A model generated the notes under the pieces. That model worked only from the letters and a program-made list of their open reading frames with translations. It made no database searches and was not told the DNA's origin. A DNA stretch of 64,000 nucleotides. It comes from Tubulanus polymorphus (lineage: Eukaryota; Animalia; Nemertea). Positions 1 through 13,413 of the stretch are shown here, piece by piece; position 1 is the first letter of the stretch; each line of letters begins with the position of its first letter. The DNA lies in NCBI RefSeq assembly GCF_964204645.1, contig NC_134034.1, forward strand, positions 8,134,962-8,198,961, read 5' to 3'. A program made the position numbers and the translations under genes.

Positions 1-611
1 AATGTGATTGGCTGTTTTTGGGTTATACGGGGAATTCCGGCGCTACTAAAATAATTATGGGAAAGCCATAGAATGTCGTACGTTTCATTGGACTAGGTTG
101 CCGTTTACGTGCGAATTTCAAATGCTCATTGCTGGTGAGGATGTAATTATTTCACACATCCACCATAGGTATTGTTTCATTTTAATACCCGGTGATTGTT
201 TTGATTGACATTGAAGTGTAAGCGAACATTCACTTACACGAGGCCTCCACGTGCGCGCGGAGTGCTACACCACACACACACAAGCTCGTACAGTACACTA
301 CGGTGATGCTGTAACGCGTGCACATTTGACACGAAAATAGGCTGAATAATCGTAGCAGAAGATGAGCGCTGTGTTTTCTGTTCGATAGAATTTGTAATAG
401 ATTGTAATTTCTTATGACCTGAAAATACTAAGCAGCAAACTATAAGGTCTGTCGAGGTCTGAATATTATAGTGGTAAATTCCAGGATTTAAAACAATCTA
501 ATAGCCGATTTCTTCTGTACCGGTATTCTAGCTTCCGTGGCCAACATTGGAAGAGGTTTCCAAGACCCAATTTTCAGCCACCCTCTGATATGTGACATCC
601 TATGAATTTTA

Positions 612-2382
612 GGCCTTGTCAAAATAATGGTCTGTTTGCCGTAGCCCGACCGACCCGACTTCAAAGGTACCGAGTGAAAACTTTTTTCTGGGATTCATAT
701 AAATTTAATTTTTGATAAAAACGACCAGCCGACCGACCGACCCACTGCCGACGTATGAGCTACGTATGTTTGAATTCACGTTTGCATCGTGTGAAAACAT
801 GCCTTGACATGTGGCCTAATTCATGTTTCCAGGAAACTGGCAGTGTTCCAATAAGCTGCCACTCATTCTAATAGTGACTATAGTGACTGAATAGCTGGTA
901 ACGTAAAAGCTTGCACATATCAGAGATGCTAGTTGTCCGGAAATATCCGGAATTCCGGAAATTTAGGATCGCCGATGTCAATTCCGGAAATTTGGCGAGA
1001 ATTCCTCACGGCGACCAGTAATGGCACGGACCGTAAAAGCGTTCGTTTGCTTGTACTCATCGTCGCTTCTGTGTTATTTTATCTCGGTCTCCGTTTCCGA
1101 GGATGTTCTGCTACAATGTATATATGTGTGCTTGTGGTGGTATCTGTGCGTGCGTAGGTGGAGCGCCACTGTTGTGACGCCATTTCCAATTATCTTTACG
1201 CGCCGTTGTACATCGTCCCGCTGATGGCCAACAATGTGAAGATGCACGTGGTAATAATTAAGATGATATTTAATAAATATCATCTTAATTATAACCATGC
1301 GCGTGCTGTGTCCTGAGGCACGCAGCTTTGTAACTTTCTTTTTGCCTGCAGCTGTCAAGCGGGACGGTCTGCAAAATGAGCACGCACGGAAAGATTGTCA
1401 GTCGGGAGTTGGCCGATATAAAGGCAATTGACAGCGGTATAAAAAATAAATTTAACTGGCACTGGCTAGAGTGTAAGGACAGTAACGGGGACTACTTATC
1501 GAACTACATTCGTAAGTTAGACTTAGCTGGCGTGGCGTACTGCGTCGTTTGTAAAGACCAGGTCAAATACGGTAGTGGCGGGAAAAAAGATATTCTTCGT
1601 CACCCGGATAGCGCGCGGCATAAGAAGGCAGCGAGGGATGTGAAGCACAACGAATGCCTGCCGTCGTATTTTCAGATGAAAGATGCCGATCGTGATACTG
1701 CATCTCCGGCGATGCAAAAACGCAAAATTTTTCCTGGGGGAGAATTTTTCTGACACCCCGTTCTAAATTCCGCAATTTTGGTACTTTGGCCCTAGCATCT
1801 CTGACATATTCAATGTACTGTTTCATTTTTAAGCCAGAGATGACGCTCTGGACGAAGTTATAATTTTAGAATAATTCTTGAAATCTACGCTATTAGACAC
1901 ATTTCCCGTGCGCAACATAGATGATTTTTTTGCGATATTGTTTCCATGTAAAAAAGCCCAAAGGTGAAAAATTTGTTTTTTTTTGCATCGTGTGAAAACA
2001 TGCCTTGACATGTGGCCTAGTTTTAGTTTTTCAGGAAACTGGTAGTGTTCCAATAAGCTGCCATTCATTTTAATAGTGACTATATTTTAAAGCTGGTAAC
2101 GTAAAAGCGCGCACATATTCTATGTAATGTTTCATTCTTAACACAGAGATGACGCTCTGGACGAAGTTATGATTTTAGAATAATTCTTGAAATCTACGCT
2201 TTTAGACAAATTTCCCGTGTACAACGTAGATGATATTGTTTCCATGTAAAAAAGCCCGAAGGTGAAAAATTTGTTTTTTTTTGCCCTAAAATCTTGCAAA
2301 AAAAAATTTCTATCTACCTACCGACTCATCCTGAAAAGTTGAGTCGGTGTTACGGCAAACAGACAATTATTTTGGGATGGCC
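612..2382 (+). mobile_element. Internally deleted DNA transposon with ~40-bp imperfect TIRs and TTA duplication
   Basis: Left end GGCCTTGTCAAAATAATGGTCTGTTTGCCGTA versus right-end reverse complement GGCCATCCCAAAATAATTGTCTGTTTGCCGTA; TTA on both flanks. Internal duplications 781-920~1981-2120 and 1815-1985~2125-2285. Confidence 0.8.
1376..1753 (+). pseudogene. Truncated transposase N-terminus with BED-like C2H2 zinc finger
   Basis: YCVVC...YGSGGKKDILRH...H motif inside the TIR element; no catalytic domain follows. Confidence 0.65.
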
Positions 2383-2660
2383 TTATTTGAATATTTTTAT
2401 TTTTTTTTAAGATATAAAATAGTTTCCCTGCCGCACCTACCTGTACCTGTACCCTACAAAATTTTGGACGTGGACCGTAACCAAATGTATATCTTTGGTC
2501 TTATTTGACTAAAAAATAATTCTTTAAGAAAGATAAAATACAATAAACTTGTGGAACTTTGAAGTCACGAATTAAAAAGATTTTTCAAGCAATGCCCTTG
2601 TTCCAAACAACCTCTAGCTTTCAAGGTAAACCACACTTTGCCCATGGGCAATTCATTTTA

Positions 2661-3260
2661 CCGTAAAAACCGGCGTATAAGTCTACGCGGCGTATAAGTC
2701 GAGGTCAATTTTTAGACCTACATTTCATGATTTTAACATATATCTGGTTTATAAGTCGAGTCCCTTCTCTTAGAAGAATAATTACTTGTATCATTATATT
2801 GAATAGTTTGTTTTGATAACGATGTGTGCCTTCACGCACCCCGCCGCGTGTCAGCCTGATTGCTGCTGTGTGTTAATCAATAGACTGTTACACACACACT
2901 CAGGTATAATACACTACCATACAGTGGTACAGTAGTTTTGAGTCACACGCTATATATAGCCTAATGTATTAAGCGCTGTTAAGAGCGCGCATATATGAAT
3001 ACATCGTTTTAAATGAAGCTTTGTCAAAATGAAAGAAGTTTTTTTTTTCATTAAATAACTTTATTTATCATGAATAATTATTCAAACTGTTATATAGCAG
3101 TGAGAAGATGAACACTGTCTTTTTTGTCTGGTAGAATCAATATTTCTTAAGTGACCTGAAAATACTTAGTAGAAAACTGTACTCGGGGTATAAGTCGAGT
3201 TCAATAATTTAGTGGTAAAATCAAGGATTAAAAACTCGACTTATACGCCGGTTTTCACGG
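2661..3260 (+). mobile_element. Tc1/mariner (pogo/Tigger-like) MITE
   Basis: TA|CCGTAAAAACCGGCGTATAAGTC...GACTTATACGCCGGTTTTCACGG|TA; near-identical inverted copy at 31682-32263. Confidence 0.85.
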
Positions 3261-4036
3261 TAATCTTAAAATAGAGATTGACCCTGTTAGCCTATTTATT
3301 TGGTGGGTAATTTTTGTTTGACTTTCTTTTTTTGATTGAGTGTCCCTTACACACCCACCGCACCTGTCGGAAGCGAAACAGGGGATTTGATTTTGAAATC
3401 GGAAATCGAAGTACACATATATGGATTCAGCGGATTCATACATAATAGGGAAATTCGGTACCGGTTCATTCAAACAATCTTCCAACCAGTCTGAACGGGC
3501 AAGCGACTGATCAGGGTCAATTTTCTTGGCTGCCTAATTTAATACATCGAAGTTTTGGAAGTAGCTATTTTTAGCACTAAGTGATGGCACGTTTTTACAT
3601 AGTCAATTTGCATAGGCCTACTTGGAATTGAAATACTTGGAATTTCAATCCCTCCTGGAAGAATTGCCGTTTTTTGTTTGACTGATGTCAATGTACTTTT
3701 TGACCTACAGGCCCTCACTTCATAAACTCCCTAAATTTTTTCGCTTCTATTTATTTGAGCTGACCTTGTCACCTGAGCTACAACCAATGTGATTGGCTGT
3801 TCATGGGATATACAGGTAATTCCAGGAATTTCGGCGCTTCTGATGTAATTGGGAAAGCCCAATGTAGAACCCAAAACTAAGTGGCGAGCATTTCATTTGG
3901 CCAGGTATTGTATTTTTGCTTATAATTTTTTAGTTGTTTCGAATATAACCGAGTAGACTATTTAATTCAGTATCCGAACTAGCAAGTATGACGATACCAA
4001 TGGAGTTTTGGCTTAGATTTGTCTTTTCAATGTCTT

Positions 4037-5699
4037 TAAGACCTGCCAACCTGTATGGTTTAACCGATCGGCCAGGGATCGGATGATAATTGTGTGCCAT
4101 TCGGCAATTTTCATCATTTCTCAGATCGATGCAAATCCGTTGAAAAAAATGGTGGGGGGTGGTGGTGAGGATAATGGCATCTTAAGGTTAGATTGGTATG
4201 ACCGTGCAAGCCTTTCCCGATCTATTTTCAAATGCGATCATTTTCGTTAACGCAGTTTTATCTATCTGTTGCCCGACCGTGTGTCTGTGGATATATGTAT
4301 CTACATTATTGAATTTATTACCGAATTTCGGTGCTTCTGATGCTACTTATGGAAACACGATTGAATTGTGTAAATTATTAGCCTGGGATTGACTAGTCCG
4401 CCTATCGCTGGGAGTGTATTTGGACAAATTAACTGTCTCACAGAATGCATCATTTGCCATTTTATGAAAAACTGACAGGCTGGCCATCGTGCCCCTTGGG
4501 GCTCTTGTTACTGTAATTGAATTAACGAAAGATACAATAAATGGGGTTAAAATATGCTGCAAAAATAGATCTGGCAACTTAGTATTCAAAATTATTAGGC
4601 CAGCCGGAGGCTGAGCCTATTGCTATTCAAATGGAGCAAATTTAAATGACATGGTTTCCAGAGCTAAGGCTCTTTGACTGTGCATACAAATCATTCATTA
4701 GAGCATTATCCATTCTCCAACCCCTATTTGAAAGAGGGCCTCGTTAGAATTTATATGAGTTTTTTCGTGAAAATCTGATCGCAAAAATATATGTTTTAAA
4801 AAGCCTATCAGAAAGCAAAGACTCCTCTATGATTGGCTTAGCCGCAGAAATCAGCAGGTGTTCACATGAACCCGTGGTATCGTCTACCGTTTGACTTCCG
4901 GGTTTTATTTTAAGATCTAAAATTGTACTTCAATATTGATTTCTGTGAAATCTTCAGTTGATTTGGTTTTTTGGTAGAATATTTTTATTTGAACTACAAT
5001 ATCATTGACATTTATTCAAAGTCCGGGAAAAATGGCTTTTTCTCAAATCAGATGGATGACCTTTATATGCTAATTAGCCACGTGCTCAAATTGCAAATTC
5101 AATCAAATTTTATTCTGTAAAAAAAATATCAAATCCAATTCAATTTTACTTTATTGAACAAGGTTAAACAGCAAATCCAATTCAACTTTGTTTTACTGAG
5201 TAAATTTCAGAAAATTTAATTCTATTCCGCATTTAAATCACTAAGACCTAGGGAAAAGATTTACCTGAGGTATTTGTTCCTGCTAGCTCCAGTCGCTGTC
5301 TGTGCTAGTTATGAAAGCACGATTGAATTGTGTAAATTATTAGCCTGGGATTGACTAGTCTATTGAGCTGGGAGTGTATTTGGACAAATTTAACCCACAG
5401 AATGCATCATTTGCCATTTTATGAAAAGCTGACAGGCTGGCCATAGTGACCCTTGGGGCTCTTGTTGCACGTTACTTCGGGTTGAATGGTGATAGAAGTT
5501 GATCACAATAATATTAAAAAGATTTTTGAATAATATTTTATCAATAATTCGTTTGGATGAATTTATTTTACAAGGTGAATTAATATGCGGATGACTACAT
5601 CACTTGGCGTAAACGGGCACCTTGTACTAAAGGGTCGGTACAGGGGTTTTTATTCCTTGTTTTGTCAGTGGGAGTCTTTAAATTTGAAAGGTTGGCAGA
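4037..5699. mobile_element. Degenerate hAT-like element hosting HINE-type insertions
   Basis: GACCTGCCAACC / GGTTGGCAGAC ends; CAATGTC(T/C) recurs on both flanks. Confidence 0.45.
4594..5466 (+). mobile_element. HINE/Helentron-like non-autonomous element, family 2
   Basis: Subterminal IR GGCCAGCC / GGCTGGCC, 3' stem-loop and CTTGTT end. Further copy at ~10378-12099 and a 3' fragment at ~4345-4509. Confidence 0.6.
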
Positions 5700-6599
5700 C
5701 AATGTCCTTAAAAGCTTTTAATTTTTAACTTGGGACTTTAGTTCCAGCATTTGAAACCACTTCGCAAGTTGGCATGGTGTCCCTGGACCCCTAGTTGCGG
5801 TTAGACCGAAATTATCGAAAGTTGAATGACAGTGTGGCATGTGTTTATTCATTTACTGCATAGCGAATGTGATATAACTGAATTATTTCCGAAAACAAGT
5901 CAAAACAACATAATTTAAGACCTGATTTAGCGATATGAATGGTGGGTTTGAATTGCTTTGCCTTCTTATCTGTCACTACAATATGTGTTTGTGCATGAAA
6001 ACAGTTTCTTCAATAATTTTGATAGAACATTGCACAGGCGTTTACAACATTTCTTGATGGTGGCCAGACTCTATATTTCGAGATGATACGAACGAACTTA
6101 ATATTTTAGCGTAATTTAGCAACTCGTGATATTTGGTCATTAATTAGTTAGCTAGCAATGGAATGGAATACAGAAGCACCAGTAACATATATCTTCTCTC
6201 TTTTTAAGTATTGAAAATTACGACGTTCATGGAAAACCATAAACTAGATATATATATGATGGTAGATCTGAACTATTGAAGATTCAAGTTATTGTAAACA
6301 ATTTGCTTTTTATTTTCCAAATAAATAAAACATGTAATTTTATATGAAGTGTTACCTCTCCATCTCATGGTTCTTTGTTATTACCCTCTCCATTTCAAAG
6401 GCAAAATTCAATGTTGTCACGGGGATTGATTGTTAAGATTTACATTGTGAGACTTAAGCTCTTGATGAGATCTTCCTGATCAGTTACTTATTGGGACCAG
6501 GTTAGCAGCCATATCTTGTGTGAAAGCGTATTTCACTTTATACCTTTTGCTTCTCAGATTATCATGTCGGTGAGCATCTGGGCCATTGGTCCCTTACAA

Positions 6600-7295
6600 T
6601 AAATGTCTTTAGTAGTCGTTTGTAATGACTTTTTTCGGTAGGTCATTGTGAATGATGTTTGAAATATTCTGGCCTGGGCCGAAGTATTTATGCAGATTAT
6701 GATAAGTGTTTTCTAGTGTGTTGGTTTTAGAGCCTGGTTAATTAAAATATTATTGTCTTAATTCCCTGTGTTTGTTGTCTGTACTTAATGTTTTGTTACA
6801 AAGATTTTGATATATTTATCCGAAATTGGAAAAATTTAAGAATTGTACCACAACAGAGGCAATATAAAAGAATTTATGATGACCCTTTTACTATGTAAAG
6901 ATAATTTAGTTTGGCGCCAAAGATTTATAATATTTTGAATCATCAGTACTCTCATTCCAAGATAAGTTTTCCAAGATCCAATCCGCATACACCTAGGTTT
7001 ATCCTAATTAATTTTTGCACCTGATGCTCATTTAAAAAGTTGTTAAGACTTGATTCAATGATTTTAAGTTGGTTAGACATGGTGTGGTGTCATTTGCGTA
7101 TTGTTTGAGTTTAATTTCTATTTCATCTGGTAGTTTTATTCTTTTGATATTGTTGTTTTCACGTATTTTAATTGCTAGTGGTTCTGCTGCTATTATGTAG
7201 CGTATGGCACTCATGGAGCAACCCTGTCTTACAACTCTTTCTAAAGTGAGGGGTTTAGTTAAAAAGCCATTACTTTTAATTCTGGATTTTGTATT
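6600..7295 (-). pseudogene. Tx1/L1-clade LINE reverse transcriptase fragment
   Basis: VRQGC...IIAAEPLAIKIRENNNI...KQYANDTT (degenerate YADD). Confidence 0.7.
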
Positions 7296-7599
7296 CTTTG
7301 TTGTTAATGGCTAGATTTGCATCTGCTAGCTCCAGAAAGAGTTATCCATTCTTTTTCCCTCAAATGATGTTCACACTCACTCTAGGTGTACTGCCTCATC
7401 TAGTTACTTGAGTAAGACAACCCTCCTAGATAGTAAATGAAAACAAATTCATTGACGGATCAGGTGATTAGATTGTCTGATTAAAGGCCTTGGCTTATTG
7501 ACTGGGATATAGGCCTGTGGTATTTCATCGCAAGTTTCAGTGGCAATAGAAACATCTTATCTACATTCATATTCTAATACTGTTTGTGCACATTTTCAG

Positions 7600-7816
7600 T
7601 AACCTGGCAGTTGGGCCTTGTTGAGCGTGAAATTGGTGATTTACTACAAGGAATCATGACTCAACAAATTGCTAAGGCAGATAGACCAACAAGTGCAATT
7701 TATACAGGAGCAGACAACAAACAAGCTTTACAGCAACGAGAAATTTTGATAGATGATGTTTGCCCAATCTGTCAAGACGAGTTACTAGATAAACATGAAC
7801 CAGTGACCTACTGCAA
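7600..7816 (+). CDS. ZSWIM2: ZSWIM2-like E3 ligase, internal exon (post-SWIM region and start of RING1)
   Basis: ttttcAG acceptor at 7598-99 and GTAAG donor at 7817. Encodes TWQLGLVEREI...DDVCPICQDELLDKHEPVTYC. Its phase-2 end matches the next exon. Confidence 0.9.
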
Positions 7817-8748
7817 GTAAGAAATCCACATGTTGCCTTTTTAATGCCTTCAAAAATTTCACAGTCTAAAATTTAAGCAATGATAACTATTGAACATCAT
7901 ATCTGTTATGGCAGGCGCACAAAAAGATGTTAGGCCTATTCAGAATATGCGGGCACAATGCATGATAAAATTTTCTCAGTGACACATACATGCTGCATGT
8001 ACGATAACCTAATCCTGTAACTCCCAATGCTGTCTTCACCGTCTTGCCTAATATGGTTGTCATGTGGTGTGGTATCACTTAACTCCATAAACTCCCATTA
8101 TTTTGATTTTTTTATGCCAAATTATGTATTATTATTAAATCCAGACACAGATTCAAAGAAATATCACCAAAACTTTTACCATATCCAACTCAGATTCCAC
8201 TCGAGTCAGATGAAATTTTCAAGTCCAATTGATAACGCTTAGGTAGATTCTACTGTAATTGTTCCCAAATAATTGATTGTAAACCTAGATCTGATTCAAA
8301 TTTATCATCAGAAGATCATGAGTCGCTTTACTGATCTCTCTTGCTACTCACAACTAGGCCTCTGACAAAAATCACCACTAAACGTGCTATGTGCCAACAC
8401 ATTCGCTGGCGACTACAAGTATAACTCGAATTGTACTACCAATCCTGTTGCCTGTGCCACTACAACTATACTGCTAGCTGATTCTTTGTATTCACTGTTT
8501 TCAATATCTCGCACACAGGACTGTTATACTTTCTGATAGGTTGGCAATGTGAATAAACTCTGCTTCATTCTCAATGCTCATTGTTCAATTATGAGCAAAG
8601 GCTTACTAGGTATTAGCTCTGGTGTCCACCTACAGATATACTCATATTGGCAATTGCAGGCAGCTCCATATTATCACGGTGGGAGTGAACATGTTGAATA
8701 AATTCCACTAATGTGATAGATGAACAAGAATATGCAACCCAAGAATAT

Positions 8749-9766
8749 ATGGGAAGTTTTGAAGATGCTTCAATATAATGTCTTTATGTGTTACAAATGT
8801 ATCTACCCTAGACACATCTTCAGCCCAAAAACTGGCCCTGTTAGATTCAAGATGGCCGACTGGCAGCCATTGTTGTTCGTCAAAATCAGCACTTTTTACA
8901 CATATTTCAAGTTTTCGAGGGAAATTTTGAAGACACTTTGATCAATTATCTGGATCTTTCATATGTATTTGTATCCACCAAGGGCCCATCAGCATAAGAA
9001 AAATTGGGTTGATCGGACGCAAGATGGCCGTCCTGTGACCTTTTTTGGGCCCAAAAATGTCAATTTTGGCCAGAATTCTGAGTCCTGCAAAGTTGCAACT
9101 CATAACGTGTTCTATGATTTTGGTGAGTTTCAAAGTCATTGGTTTTTGTATATGGCCACCAGTGGGCATTGAATAATACAGTGACTTAGTATTTCGATAT
9201 AATATTCGTATCAATGCATATTTTGTTACCACAATCAATTGCAAAGTTGTAGCCCATGACATGGTCTATGATTGTGGTGAGTTTCAAGGTCATAAGTTAT
9301 TCTATATGGTCACCAAGGGGCGTTGTATAGTAGAATAACTTAGTATTTCCTTTTATATTGGTACCTAGTCATATTTTGTTACCATAATCAATTGCTAAAT
9401 TGTAGCTCATGACATGGTCTATGATTGTGGTGATTGATATTAAATTGGTACCGAGGCATATATTGTCATCACAACCAATTGCAAAATTGTAGCTGCTGAC
9501 ATGTTCTATGAAACATATGTTTATTCCTGAAGATGACTATTAGGATATAGTCGAAACGTTGAAATAAACTACTATCTCGAAGTTACATTTTCGGACATTT
9601 TATTATCAGCGTGGGATTCTGTCTACATGTTCTATGAAAGTTGTGAGTGTCAATGTCATTGGTTTTAGTATATGGTTACCAGGGGGCGTTGAATATTGAA
9701 ATTGTTAGATTGTTGAGCATTTGAAACCACTTTCCAAGTGGGCATGGTGTCCCTGGACCCCTAGTT
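8749..9766 (+). mobile_element. HINE family 1 copy (5'-truncated) with ~154-bp tandem array
   Basis: Homologous to 14606-15822; ends CAAGTGGGCATGGTGTCCCTGGACCCCTAGTT. Confidence 0.8.
9520..9568 (+). ncRNA. Minimal type I hammerhead ribozyme
   Basis: Stem I TTTATTC / GAAATAAA, core CTGAAGA, stem II GACTAT-taggat-ATAGTC, then GAAAC and a GTT cleavage triplet. Confidence 0.75.
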
Positions 9767-9829
9767 GGAGCTAAGATTATGAATAGATATCATTTTATGC
9801 TTATGCTCAATGTTAATTGTTTTTTTTAG

Positions 9830-10072
9830 ATATGGCTGTGGAAATAGCATTCATATAAAATGTATGAAAGTTTGGGCAGACCACCAGAGGTCTACTGGCG
9901 AAACGATTGTTAAGTGCCCGTTTTGTCGCGAGGACTTTGGACCATTCGATATGTTAAAGAAAGAATTGGCAAATTCATCATCAAATGTCACAAGAACCGA
10001 ACGTTTAAATGTTCATTTAGGAATTGTTTGCAAGAAGTGTCATGTTTGTCCTATATTGGGGAAATGTTACAA
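9830..10072 (+). CDS. ZSWIM2: ZSWIM2-like exon (end of RING1, start of ZZ finger)
   Basis: Poly-T AG acceptor and GTAAG donor. Encodes YGCGNSIHIKCMKVWADHQ...KCPFCR...HLGIVCKKCHVCPILGKCY. Confidence 0.92.
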
Positions 10073-10854
10073 GTAAGATGATCATAATGACAAACTTTCT
10101 AATGGGTTGGGGTGAGCCATTGTTATCCGTCTGTTCATTCGTGCATCTGTCAACTTATTTTTCAAATTGCTACTAGTCCTACAATTTTAATGAGATAAAT
10201 TCCAAATTTGGAATGAATATTCTATAGACCAAGACCTAAAGCTACAGAGCCCTTTTTTGGATATGTCCCCCAGGGATGAGGCTTCTATTTTTTCAAATTG
10301 TTACTTGTCCTACAGTTTTAATCAGATCAATTCCAAATTTAGTATGAACATTCTATGGAACAATACCTACAAAGAACAGAGCCTATTACTATACAAATGG
10401 AGCAAATTTAAATAACACGGTTTCCAGAGCTAAGGCTCTTTGACTGTGCAACTGAGCATATATTCATAGAAATCATTCATTGAAGCATTATCCATTCTCA
10501 AAATTCTACGAAGCTAAATTTTGAAAAAGGGCCTCGTTAAAATTTATATGAGTTCTTTCGCAAAAAAATCTGAACGCAAAAATATCAGTTTTAAAAAGCC
10601 AATCAGAAGCAAAGACTCCTCTATGATTGGCTTAGCCGCAAGGATCAGCAGATGTTCGCATGAACCCGGGGTATCGTCTACTGTTTACTTCCGGGTTTTA
10701 TTTTAAGATTTAAGATTGTATTTCAAGATCGATTTCTGTGAAATCTTTAGTTGATTTGGTTTTTGGGAGGAATGTTTTTATTTGCACTACAGAAAATATC
10801 ATTGACAATTATGCAAAGTCTGGGAAAAATGGCTTTTTTTCAAATCGGATGGAT

Positions 10855-11710
10855 CAGGGGCGGATCCAGGCCCAAATTAAAGGGTTAGCACCGATTCAAG
10901 AGGACACCTGTCCGGATTTGTATTACAACAACGAGGCGAGCACCGAAAGGTGCGAAGGGGGTTTGGGGGTCCTCCCCTAAGAAATGTTTTGAAATTTAAA
11001 GCCCTATCAGAACACCTGAGCCAAAAAATACCCTTTTCTGAATTTTAGGCAATAACATACCACTATTAGTATTTATTGCAATCTGAAAGTGTCCTTTTTG
11101 TGACAATTTTTCTGGAGTCATGTTTTTGAGCCCTTTTCTGAATTTTTGGTAATTTAATGTACCCTTTGCAATACAATGTGCCTTTTGGAATTTGTTGGCA
11201 TTTTGAACATGCTGATAGTCATTGAGTCGTGCACTTTAGAGTACTTCAGTAATATGATTGAATTCACCCTCACTTCAAAGATTAATTCTGCCCTTTTCAA
11301 ACTATTTTTGAATTTTTGGCAAATTAACGTGCCCTTTTGACAATATAACGTGCCCTTTTTCGCAAAATAATGTGCCCTTTTTGACAATATAACATGCCCT
11401 TTTTGACAATATAACATCCTCTTTTTGGCAATATAATCTGCCCTATTTGGCAATTGATTCAATATAATGTGCCCTTTTTTGTAATTTATTCAACATAAAG
11501 TGCCTTTTTTCGCAAATGTTTCAATATAATATGTCTTTTTTGGCAATTTATTCAAATTCTAATTCATTATATAGGTCCAGACGTCGGATTTCGCGGGCGC
11601 TGTAGCAGACCAGACAGTATTTTTATGAGAACTTTTTTTTTAAAAGGACATTTTAACAAATTTTAAGTTGTCACACATGCCGCAGGTGCGATCCCATGTG
11701 TCTGCCCCTG
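10855..11710. mobile_element. CAGGGGC-ended MITE with 5-bp TSD (TGGAT) and internal ~22-bp repeats
   Basis: Ends CAGGGGCGGATCC / GTCTGCCCCTG. The paralogous empty site at ~5045-5070 confirms the TGGAT duplication. A related inverted fragment lies at ~50086-50376. Confidence 0.8.
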
Positions 11711-12496
11711 TGGATTACCTTGATATGCTAATTAGCCATGTGCACAAACTGCAAATTCAATCAAATTTTATTCTGCAATTCAATTTTACTTTACGGAACA
11801 AATTAAATCCAATCAAATCCAATTCAATTTTGTTTTATTTAGCAAATATCAGAGTTAATTCAATTCTATTCCACATTCAAATTAATAAGACCAAGGGAAA
11901 GGATTTATCTGAGGTATTTGTTCCTGCCAGCTCCAGTCACTGTCTGTGCTATTTATGAAAACACAATTGTATTGTGTAAATTATAGGTATTGATTCTGAG
12001 CTGGGAGTGTATTTTGACAAATATTACCCACAGAATGCATCATTTGCCATTTTATGAAAAGCTTACAGGCTGGCCATAGTGCACCTTGGGGCTCTTGTTT
12101 AGATTTGGCCATCAGGGGGTGCCCCTGGGTACGTGGCTTCTATTTCTTCAAATCAAACAGCTCAGCTCTATTAGCCGATAGGCTCCTTATCATTGATTTA
12201 TCATTATAGGCCTAGGCCTATTTCATGATTGAAATTTGTTTTGTATTTTGTTATTTTCATATGTATGTTATGGAAAGTCTCAATCATTAGCTTGTTGCTG
12301 GCAACTTACTCTGTCTTACTTAGTCATAATGGAATTGCTGCATTTAATTATGAAAAAATAAACATACGTATACAAGGCCTATGTTGAGGTTTTGGCCCAA
12401 GAGTAGCGAGCTTATCACCAATTAGATGATATCATCAACCATATGCTTAACCTGTACATTACCAATACACTAATTTGGGTCCACAATCTTTTGTAG

Positions 12497-12581
12497 ATGT
12501 CATATATGTGCTGAATATTATCTATGTCAATCCTGCTTTAACACTCAAGTTCACAGTGATCATAGTTTTCAGTTCAGACAG
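12497..12581 (+). CDS. ZSWIM2: ZSWIM2-like exon (second half of ZZ finger)
   Basis: Not in the ORF track. ttttgtAG acceptor and GTTTGT donor. Reads (K)CHICAEYYLCQSCFNTQVHSDHSFQFRQ in phase with the previous exon. Confidence 0.9.
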
Positions 12582-12659
12582 GTTTGTCACATCAATGTCA
12601 AATTATCAATTTGCGCATTTTTTATACTATATTCAAATTTTCTCTCACCGCTTTTCCAG

Positions 12660-12787
12660 AAAACAACTCAGAGATGGCGGCCTGCACCACGAAGTGGTGT
12701 TCCAGCATTGCCTGAAGCTGTTGCACAGGATCTGATGAATCGAGACCTTACGAATAATGATTATGATTTGTTGTTGCAATTAGATTG
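12660..12787 (+). CDS. ZSWIM2: ZSWIM2-like exon (linker after ZZ)
   Basis: Follows a 78-bp intron; ttttccAG acceptor and GTTAGT donor. Reads KTTQRWRPAPR...DLMNRDLTNNDYDLLLQLD. Confidence 0.87.
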
Positions 12788-13413
12788 GTTAGTAGAATGT
12801 TCATACATAATTGTGATAGTGTGATATCCTATCAGCCAAAACCCATTGTAAAAATTTCAACTATTATCATATTTTTGAGTAGGCGTAAATTGAATGAAAT
12901 CCCGGCCATTTTCTCCACATCCAGAGGGGTTTGGAACGTTCAAAGATCTGTCGATGCTGAACAAGTACCTTGATTGTCAAAAGTTCAAAAAGACCACTCC
13001 AAAGGAGATCATTCAAGGGCTACGCCCAGGTCAATGGGCAGCATCCATAGATCTAAAATGCTTATTTCCAGGTCCCTATCCACCCGCGCAACAGGAAATG
13101 TCTCTGGGTAAAGTGGAAGGGGCAAGTGTATCAGTTCCTTTCTCTGCCCTTCGGGCTCAGCTCGGCACCCAGGTCCTCACCAAACTAGTCAGGGCCGTTC
13201 AAAAGAAGTTGCAAGGGGTAGGGCTTTACGTCTACCTGGACGAATGGCTGATATTAGGGGCCTCTCACCAGGAGTGTTGCCGCGGGGTCGAACTGACCCT
13301 TGGCATGATACAAGACCTTGGCTTCAGAGTAAACACACAGAAGTCCCAGCTTTCTCTGTCTCAGGAGTTCACGTGCCTCGGTATGGACTTTGATCTGTGA
13401 CAGGGACTGGTTC

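Noticed and set aside
7860-8700. Minus-strand LINE endonuclease remnant
   Set aside because: Too degenerate to support by eye.
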